From Phenylobacterium sp. (GTDB lineage Bacteria > Pseudomonadota > Alphaproteobacteria > Caulobacterales > Caulobacteraceae): a stretch of 64,000 bases of DNA. Both the position numbers and the translations under genes were made by a program. This document shows positions 28,551 to 35,277 of this stretch, piece after piece. The notes beneath the pieces are model-generated. The model did no database searches. It had not been told where the DNA came from and worked only from the letters and a program-made list of their open reading frames with translations. Position 1 is the first letter of the stretch; each line of letters starts with the position of its first letter. The DNA is taken from NCBI RefSeq assembly GCF_030698145.1, contig NZ_JAUYNW010000047.1, positions 15,618-79,617 of the forward strand, given 5' to 3'.

Positions 28551-30665
28551 ATGCGTTTCTCGTTCCTTGGAAAGTTGGCCGCAGGCGCCATGTTGAGCAG
28601 CATGTCCGCCCTCCCCGCCGCCGCTCTGCCCGATCCCAACGACCCCTATGTCTATATGGAGGAGATCGAGGGCGCGCGAGCCATGGAATTCGCCCGCGCC
28701 GAGAACGCCCGGTCCCTGCCCCTGCTGCAGGACGACCCGCGCTATTCCAAGCTCTATGCCGACGCCCTGGCCATCGCCACGGCCAAGGACCGCATCCCCG
28801 GCCTGGGCTTCGCCGGCGACGGATCCCTGCGCAACTACTGGCAGGACGCCGAGCATGTGCGCGGGATCTGGCGCGCGACCAGCCTGGAGAGCTACCGCAC
28901 CGGCAAGCCGGAGTGGCGCACCATCCTCGACCTCGACGCCCTGTCGAAGGCCGAGGGCAAGAACTGGGTCTGGAAGGGCGCTGCCTGCCTGGCGCCGGAC
29001 GACCGCATCTGCCTGGTCTCGCTGTCCGACGGCGGCAAGGACGCCGTCGAGGTCCGCGAGTTCGACGCTCAGACCGGCCAGTTCGTGAAGGACGGCTTCT
29101 TCCTGGCGCAGGGCAAGCATCGCCTGGCCTGGGTCGACGCCGACACGCTGGCCGTGGCGACGGAGTGGAACAAGGGCGATGTCACCACCTCGGGCTACCC
29201 CTTCATCATCAAGCTGTTGAAGCGCGGTCAGCCGCTCGCCGCGGCTGTCGAGGTGTTCCGTGGCAAGGCCGATGACGGCGGCTATGGCGTTTCGCCCATC
29301 GCCTTGCGCGACGCCGACGGCAAGCTGCAGGCGCTGATCGCCTTCCGCCCCCTGGACACCTTCAACGCCGAGCACCACCTGCTCGGCAATTCCGGTCCCC
29401 AGAAGCTCCCGGTCCCGCTCAAGTCCTCCATCCAGGGCCTGATCGACGGCCAGATGCTGCTGACCCTGGAGCAGGATTGGACCGAGCACGGCGTGAAGTC
29501 GGGCGACCTCCTGGCGCTCGAGCTCGGCAAGCTGAAGACGGACGCGGCCAACACCCATCCGACCCTGGTTCTGCGACCCACCCAGAGCCAGGCCATCGAA
29601 CAGGTCGCGACCACCCGCAATCGCCTTGTGGTGGCGCTTTACGACAACGTGAAGGGCGGCGTGCTGAGCTTCAAGCACGGGCCCAAGGGCTGGACCTCCA
29701 CCAAGCTCTCCCTGCCGAAGGATGTCTCGGTAGGCATCGCCTCGGCCTCCGATCGCGACGACAAGCTGCTGCTGGGAGTGGCGAGCTTCCTCATGCCCTC
29801 GACCCAGGTCCTGGCCGACGCGGCCAGCGGAACCACCGAGACCCTGCGCACCCTGCCCGCGCGCTTCGACGCCTCCAAGCTTCTGGTCGAACAGCACTGG
29901 GCGATCTCGAAGGACGGGACCAAGGTCCCCTATTTCGTGGTCCGTCCGAAGGCCCTGAAGCCGGACGGTTCGGCGCCGACCCTGCTCTACGCCTATGGCG
30001 GCTTCCAGGTGTCGCAGACGCCGGGCTACGCCGCCTCAGTGGGCAAGCTGTGGCTGGAGCGCGGCGGGGTCTATGTGATCGCCAACATCCGGGGCGGCGG
30101 CGAGTTCGGACCGCGCTGGCACGAGGCCGGGCTGAAGCTCAACCGCATGCGGGTCTATGACGACTTCTTCGCCGTCTCCGAGGACCTGATCGCGCGCAAG
30201 ATCACCAGCCCCGCCAAGCTCGGCATCATGGGCGGCTCGAACGGCGGCCTGCTGATGGGCGTGGCGCTCACCCTGCGGCCGGAGCTATACAAGGCCGTTG
30301 TGGTCCAGGTGCCGCTGTTCGACATGGTCGGCTACACCCACATCGGCGCCGGCGCGTCGTGGGTCGGCGAGTATGGCGACCCCGCCAATCCCGAGGAGCG
30401 CAAGGTCATCGACACCTACTCGCCCTACCAGATGCTGGCCAAGGGCAAGCCCTATCCGAAGGTGTTCCTGGAGACCTCGACCAAGGACGACCGGGTCCAT
30501 CCGGCCCACGCCCGCAAGGCCGCCGCGCGGCTCAAGGAGCTGGGTTACGACTACCTCTATTACGAGAACATCGACGGCGGCCACGCCGCGGCGGCCAATC
30601 TCAACGAGACCGCCAAGCGCCAGGCGCTGGAATACACCTATCTCAGCCAGCAGCTGATGGACTGA
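28551..30665 (+). CDS. Prolyl oligopeptidase (S9A), exported
   Basis: DPYVYME, YAYGGF, NIRGGGEFG, GGSNGGLL (Ser), DDRVHP (Asp), GGH (His); signal peptide. Confidence 0.95.
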   Translation: MRFSFLGKLAAGAMLSSMSALPAAALPDPNDPYVYMEEIEGARAMEFARAENARSLPLLQDDPRYSKLYADALAIATAKDRIPGLGFAGDGSLRNYWQDAEHVRGIWRATSLESYRTGKPEWRTILDLDALSKAEGKNWVWKGAACLAPDDRICLVSLSDGGKDAVEVREFDAQTGQFVKDGFFLAQGKHRLAWVDADTLAVATEWNKGDVTTSGYPFIIKLLKRGQPLAAAVEVFRGKADDGGYGVSPIALRDADGKLQALIAFRPLDTFNAEHHLLGNSGPQKLPVPLKSSIQGLIDGQMLLTLEQDWTEHGVKSGDLLALELGKLKTDAANTHPTLVLRPTQSQAIEQVATTRNRLVVALYDNVKGGVLSFKHGPKGWTSTKLSLPKDVSVGIASASDRDDKLLLGVASFLMPSTQVLADAASGTTETLRTLPARFDASKLLVEQHWAISKDGTKVPYFVVRPKALKPDGSAPTLLYAYGGFQVSQTPGYAASVGKLWLERGGVYVIANIRGGGEFGPRWHEAGLKLNRMRVYDDFFAVSEDLIARKITSPAKLGIMGGSNGGLLMGVALTLRPELYKAVVVQVPLFDMVGYTHIGAGASWVGEYGDPANPEERKVIDTYSPYQMLAKGKPYPKVFLETSTKDDRVHPAHARKAAARLKELGYDYLYYENIDGGHAAAANLNETAKRQALEYTYLSQQLMD

Positions 30666-30686
30666 GGGCGCGCCCGGCGGGTCAAT

Positions 30687-31748
30687 TCAGGCCGCTTCCA
30701 GAACCGCCGCGGGTTCGACATTCACCAGCTCGACCCGGGTTCCGGGCGCGGCGTCGGAGATCACCACCTTAGCGCCGAGCTGCTTGCCCAGCGCCTCGAC
30801 GACGCTGGTTCCCAGGCCGACGCGGACGGCCGCCGACGGCGGCGGCCGTCCGACGCCGTCGTCGGTGACCGACAGGGTCCATCCCGGCTGGGTGAGCCTA
30901 TAGGCGACGACCACCGCCCCATCGCGGTCGACAGGAAAGGCGTGCTTCAGGGCATTGATCACCAGCTCAGTGACGATCAGGCCCAGACTGACCGCTTCCT
31001 GCGAACTGACCGTGGCCTCGTCGGCGCGCACGTCCAGGGTCACAGGCCGGGACTCGCGGATCATCGACGACGCGAGGCTCTCGCACAGCTTGGTGAGATA
31101 GGGCCTGACCTCGACATTACCGAGGCTCGCCTGCAGATGCTGCTGGACGGCGGCCACCGACATGACGCGGTCATGAGCGTCGCGCAGGTGCTGGCGGGTC
31201 TCCTCGGACTTCACGGTCCGGGCCTTGAGCAGCAGCACGCTGGCGATGATCTGCAGGCTGTTGGCGACCCGGTGCTGCATTTCCTGCAGCAGCACCTCGC
31301 GTTCCCGCAGCAGCGTGTCCTTCTCCAGCAGCAGCGCCACGTTCAGGTGTTCCACGCGCCGGAGGTCGGTGACGTCGTGGACGACCATCAGCACACGGTG
31401 GCGCTCGGCGCCCACATAGTTCAGGTTCTGGACATTGACGACCAGCCGGCGCGGCGGAACACCCTCTCGGACGAGATCGGTCTCGTAGTCGGCCAGGTCG
31501 GGGCCATCGGCCAGCGCGTTGGCCAGCAGGACGTGGAGCTGGGCGATGTCCCACTCGCCCTCGCCCAGGTCGGCCAGGGTGGAACCCTCGGCGCCGGAGG
31601 CCAGGATTTCGAACACCGTGCAGAAGGAGGGACTGGCATGCACCACCAGTCCGGCTCCGTCGAACAACAGCAGCGGCACAGGCGAGGTGTCGATCAGCGC
31701 GCCGGCCAGGCTCACGGCGCCGATCATCCGATTGTAGGCTTCGGCCAC
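30687..31748 (-). CDS. Soluble PAS + HisKA_2 sensor histidine kinase (orphan)
   Basis: GGAGG RBS before GTG 31748; H-box EMQHRVANSLQ, ELVINALKHAF, DDGVG, GLGT; N-terminal PAS-like region. Confidence 0.9.
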   Translation of the reverse strand: MAEAYNRMIGAVSLAGALIDTSPVPLLLFDGAGLVVHASPSFCTVFEILASGAEGSTLADLGEGEWDIAQLHVLLANALADGPDLADYETDLVREGVPPRRLVVNVQNLNYVGAERHRVLMVVHDVTDLRRVEHLNVALLLEKDTLLREREVLLQEMQHRVANSLQIIASVLLLKARTVKSEETRQHLRDAHDRVMSVAAVQQHLQASLGNVEVRPYLTKLCESLASSMIRESRPVTLDVRADEATVSSQEAVSLGLIVTELVINALKHAFPVDRDGAVVVAYRLTQPGWTLSVTDDGVGRPPPSAAVRVGLGTSVVEALGKQLGAKVVISDAAPGTRVELVNVEPAAVLEAA

Positions 31749-31873
31749 GTGGGCCTCCAGGGCGGCCTCGGGCTCGCGGAGCGAGCGCCCGTCTCCATGA
31801 CCGCCACGGCCACCCTAGCACGCGGCGACGCCCATCCCGGTGCCTATTCGGACCGGGCCCCAGGACCGGGATG

Positions 31874-32057
31874 GGTCTCGACGCTGTGGGCCCTGCTGGA
31901 GGCGACCCAGGACCCCGAGGTCAAGGCCGAGCTGATGGCAAACACCGAAGCCGCCGCCGCCCGCAGCGCCTTCGGCATCCCGACCCTCTTCGTCGGCGAG
32001 GAGATGTTCTTCGGTAGGGAACGCCTGGGCCAGGTGGAAAAAGAACTGGCGAGCTAG
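31874..32057 (+). pseudogene. 3' remnant of a 2-hydroxychromene-2-carboxylate isomerase / DsbA-family gene
   Basis: GLDAV, one extra G at about 31889, then ALLEATQDPEVKAELMANTEAAAARSAFGIPTLFVGEEMFFGRERLGQVEKEL*. The N-terminal part is absent. Confidence 0.75.
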
Positions 32058-32070
32058 AGGGGGCCTGCAA

Positions 32071-32142
32071 CCCGCTCCGTCACGTCGCCGAAGAGGGCGA
32101 CGCGCCACCTCCCCATGGTCGCGCTGCGCGCTGGCGGAGGAT
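32071..32142. repeat. Half copy of a Caulobacter-type intergenic repeat
   Basis: CTCCGTCACGTCGCC-GAAGAG-GGCGACGCGCCACCTCCCC...GGAGGA hairpin arrangement. Confidence 0.45.
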
Positions 32143-32144
32143 TT

Positions 32145-32455
32145 GAGTCAGGTGTTTTCCAATACGCCGGGAATAGTTGAAGGCCACCGCGGCCAAGAGC
32201 TCGCCTGGAGCGGAAGTTCCTGCGACGTTCCATCGCCAGCATTGGAGTCTTCGTGGGTCCGAGTCTTCCACGACCCAGGGTCATCTACAGTCCGAAATCC
32301 GGCCTTCGGACGCACCGTAGGTTTCGGAAAAATGAGCGAATTTCCGAATAACGCGGACATTTGGGCCCATTGCCTGTAGATAACTTGTCACACATCGAGG
32401 TCTGTGGATTCTCGCGCCGGTCGCTTGCCCACCGGCGCCGCACCTATTCCACAGG
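32145..32455. promoter_or_regulatory. Regulatory region with DnaA-box-like 9-mers and GANTC sites
   Basis: TCATCTACA 32281, TGTAGATAA 32375, TGTGGATTC 32403, TATTCCACA 32445; GANTC at 32145, 32245, 32261, 32407. Confidence 0.45.
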
Positions 32456-32482
32456 CTCGCCCCCAGATAAGGAGCCGCCCCC

Positions 32483-32698
32483 ATGGCCACCCGCGATGCT
32501 TTCATCCGAGCCGTCTTCACTGTGGCGCGTCATGACGACAAGTGGGCGGTCGAGCACGAGGGCCAGTACTTCGATCACTCCATCGACAAGGAAGAGGCCA
32601 AGGCGGCCGCCAATCGGCGCGCGCGCGCCGCGCAGGACGCCGGCCGGCCGTGCCAGGTCCGCGTGACCGGCGAGCACGGCTTCTTCGCCGCCGCCTGA
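32483..32698 (+). CDS. Small protein, DUF2188-like
   Basis: TAAGGAG RBS; WAVEHEG...KEEAKAAA..RAR...QVRV pattern. Confidence 0.7.
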   Translation: MATRDAFIRAVFTVARHDDKWAVEHEGQYFDHSIDKEEAKAAANRRARAAQDAGRPCQVRVTGEHGFFAAA

Positions 32699-32726
32699 AC
32701 CGCAACCTTCAACCGAGACCAGCCCG

Positions 32727-33011
32727 ATGAGCGAGACCATGAGCCAAGACGTTCCCCTTCAGCGCCCCGCCTTCGTGGCGCCGAAGTCGATGGCCGAGAC
32801 CTTCCGCAAGGCCATCGAGGCCGCGGAGCTGGCGGGCACGGCTCGTGACGCCATGACCCTGCGCCTGACCCTGCGCGACGCCTCCAACATCCGCCGCGAC
32901 AACCGCATCGCTGTCGAGGACCTGAGCTTCGCGGGCGGCGAGATGCGCCTGCTGCAGGTCAAGGTCGTCACCGGCGGCGTCGACGTCAGCATGCTGGACT
33001 TGGGCGCCTAA
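32727..33011 (+). CDS. Small hypothetical protein
   Basis: Host-like codon usage, 28 bp after the previous gene; MTLRLTLRDASNIRRD...LSFAGGEMRLL. Start could be 32739. Confidence 0.7.
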   Translation: MSETMSQDVPLQRPAFVAPKSMAETFRKAIEAAELAGTARDAMTLRLTLRDASNIRRDNRIAVEDLSFAGGEMRLLQVKVVTGGVDVSMLDLGA

Positions 33012-33040
33012 CGCCGCGATTGACCGCGAGGCCGCCGATA

Positions 33041-33189
33041 TCTCCTCCTCTCCACCCGTCTTCCGGGGGGAGAGGGTAGGGTGAGAGGGGCTTCGCCGTC
33101 GCACCGAGTTGGCGGGTAGACCGCAGAGCGCCGCTTCGCGCCGCGTCCCCTCACCCTACCCTCTCCCCTCGAAAGGGGCGAGGAGGAGA
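33041..33189. repeat. About 150-bp palindromic intergenic repeat (CIR/RIME-like)
   Basis: Outer IR TCTCCTCCTC/GAGGAGGAGA; perfect 19-bp inner IR GGGGAGAGGGTAGGGTGAG (33067-33085) / CTCACCCTACCCTCTCCCC (33150-33168); between convergent genes. Confidence 0.8.
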
Positions 33190-33210
33190 ATTCCCCACAA
33201 TAGGCCCGAC

Positions 33211-33789
33211 TTAACGCACCCGCGGCGGGACGACGTCAGCGAAGGCGGCGAAGCCTTTCCAGGCGGGCTCCACCGGCGGCGTGTCGGCCTTGGGCATGTA
33301 GATCGACGGCTCGACGATCTGCAGCGACGGGATGTAGCGCGGGCAGTTGGGGAAGATGTCGGCGGGCCTGACGCTGATCAGAAGCTGGGCGCCGGGAATG
33401 GCGGCGATGCGCGGATCATCCCTTAAGACCCTGGCCGTCCCGTTGACCCGCAGGCGTTGCGGCTTCTCGCCCATGGCGATGAACAGCAGGCCGACATTGG
33501 GGTTGGCGGCGATGTTGCCCAGGCTCTTGAACATGCCGTTGCCGTCATAGTCCGGGAAGATCAGCTCGTCCGGCGCGACGACCTGGGCGAAGCCCGGGGG
33601 GCCGCCCTTGAACGAGCAGTCGGGCCGGCCCTCGGCGTCGGCCGTGGCCAGGAAGAAGAAGCTCTGGGCGGCCACGAACACGCCGTCGGCCTCGTTGAAC
33701 TCGGTCCGGCGCAGGGTCGCCTCCAGGCGGTCGGCCAGGGCGCGGCTTCCGAAGGCGTCCTGAAGGTCGCGATTGCCTTGATGGTACAT
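33211..33789 (-). CDS. Pyridoxamine 5'-phosphate oxidase family (FMN-binding split barrel) protein
   Basis: FFLATADAEGRPDCSFKGGPPGF, PDYDGNGMFKSLGNI, RLRVNG, NCPRYI. Confidence 0.88.
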   Translation of the reverse strand: MYHQGNRDLQDAFGSRALADRLEATLRRTEFNEADGVFVAAQSFFFLATADAEGRPDCSFKGGPPGFAQVVAPDELIFPDYDGNGMFKSLGNIAANPNVGLLFIAMGEKPQRLRVNGTARVLRDDPRIAAIPGAQLLISVRPADIFPNCPRYIPSLQIVEPSIYMPKADTPPVEPAWKGFAAFADVVPPRVR

Positions 33790-33886
33790 GATATCCTCCC
33801 CTCACCGGCTTTCCGGCATCCTACGCCCGTTGGCCCGCAGGGCGAACGCCTGTAACAATCCCCCGTTTTCGTGACGGGGGTCGCCC

Positions 33887-35008
33887 ATGGAACTTGATGC
33901 TGTCGGCGGCGCGGCCACGGGCGGCCTGATCGGAGCGGCGATCGAAAGGCCGACCGGCCAGGCCGGCGAACACTCCAAGGTCTGCAGCGACTGCGGCGCG
34001 GAGGTTTCCGGCCGGTTCTGCCAGAACTGCGGCCAGCCGACCCACGTCCACCGCACCCTGCTGCACCTGGGCGAGGAGCTGCTGCACGGCGTGATGCACT
34101 TCGACAGCCGTATCTGGCGCACCCTGCCGCTGCTGGTCTTCAATCCCGGCAAGCTGACCCGCGAGTGGGTGCACGGCAAACGCACGCGCTATGTCTCACC
34201 CCTGGCCATGTTCCTGTTCACCGTCTTCGTGATGTTCATGCTGCTGAGCTTCATGCCGGTGAAGGCGGAGCTGCCGGTCGACGTAGCGATCCAGAGGACG
34301 GCCATGGCCAATCGTGTGGCGGCCGACAAGAAGAGCCTGGCCGAGGCCGAGGCGGCCCTGGCGGCGGCGCCGCAGAGCGACGATGAGGCCGCGGCCGACA
34401 GGCGCAAGGACCTGGAAGGCGCCGTCGCCGACGCCCGCGAGCTGGTGGCCGACACCGAGGAGGCGGTCGCCCTGATGGACAAGACGCCGCTCTCGGTGGT
34501 CGGCGGCCGGGGCTGGGAGGAAGAGGTGCGGGCTAAGGCCCTGTCGGGCGAGTTCAAGGCCAACACGGGCAACAAGAAGCTCGACGAGAAGCTGAACAAG
34601 AAGGCTCAGAACCCGGCCCTGGCGCTCTACAAGATCCAGCAGACCTTCTACAAATTCTCCTTCCTGCTGGTGCCGATCTCCCTGCCCTTCGTGGCGCTGC
34701 TGTTCCTGTGGAAGCGCGGCTTCACCTTCTACGACCACGGGGTGTTCGTGCTGTATTCGCTGGCCTTCATGGCGATGCTGAGCATGGCCGCCGCCGCGGC
34801 GATGCGCTGGGGCGGATCGGCCGGCGCCTCGGCGGTGGCGCTGGGCGTGCCGTTCATCATCCCGGCGCACATGTTCGCCCAGGTGAAGGGCGCATACAGC
34901 CTGCGGACCTTCTCGGCCCTGTGGCGCACCTTCATGCTGCTGAACTTCTGCGCCGTGGCGCTCAGCCTGTTCCTGCTGGCGGTGATCATGCTGGGCTTCA
35001 CCGGTTGA
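33887..35008 (+). CDS. DUF3667 domain membrane protein
   Basis: CSDCG...FCQNCGQ zinc ribbon, WRTLPLL..PGKLTREW..GKR.RYVSP, then TM segments. Confidence 0.85.
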   Translation: MELDAVGGAATGGLIGAAIERPTGQAGEHSKVCSDCGAEVSGRFCQNCGQPTHVHRTLLHLGEELLHGVMHFDSRIWRTLPLLVFNPGKLTREWVHGKRTRYVSPLAMFLFTVFVMFMLLSFMPVKAELPVDVAIQRTAMANRVAADKKSLAEAEAALAAAPQSDDEAAADRRKDLEGAVADARELVADTEEAVALMDKTPLSVVGGRGWEEEVRAKALSGEFKANTGNKKLDEKLNKKAQNPALALYKIQQTFYKFSFLLVPISLPFVALLFLWKRGFTFYDHGVFVLYSLAFMAMLSMAAAAAMRWGGSAGASAVALGVPFIIPAHMFAQVKGAYSLRTFSALWRTFMLLNFCAVALSLFLLAVIMLGFTG

Positions 35009-35120
35009 TGGCGGCGGAATGGGGCTTTGGCGCCACACAGGCGCGGCCCGGTCCCCAGCCCTAGAGAGGGCCGTCAAAACCCCTGCCGCAACAAAGCCTT
35101 GCAGGCGTAATCGACAGCAC

Positions 35121-35145
35121 AAAAATCGCTTCACGGACGATTTTT
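35121..35145. promoter_or_regulatory. Operator-like palindrome upstream of the TonB-dependent receptor
   Basis: AAAAATCG-N9-CGATTTTT, perfect 8-bp arms. Confidence 0.4.
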
Positions 35146-35277
35146 CGGCGTGACGCGTGGCGCGTGATCAAGCTGGACAGCCCCCGTCGCAGCAGGATTA
35201 CCTCGCGTCACACAACACCCATGCCGTGCGGCCGCAAGGCTGCGCCGAGACAAGGGTGAACGAGGGAGAAGACGTCC

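Noticed and set aside
30942-31873. N-terminal part of the 371-aa ORF 30942..32057
   Set aside because: Antisense shadow of the kinase. Only the last ~55 codons are a real gene remnant.
32058-32480. Short ORFs in the intergenic region, and the idea that it is the chromosomal origin
   Set aside because: The ORFs lack RBS and host codon usage. The hemE context and full TTAA-N7-TTAA CtrA boxes expected at a Caulobacter-type origin are absent.
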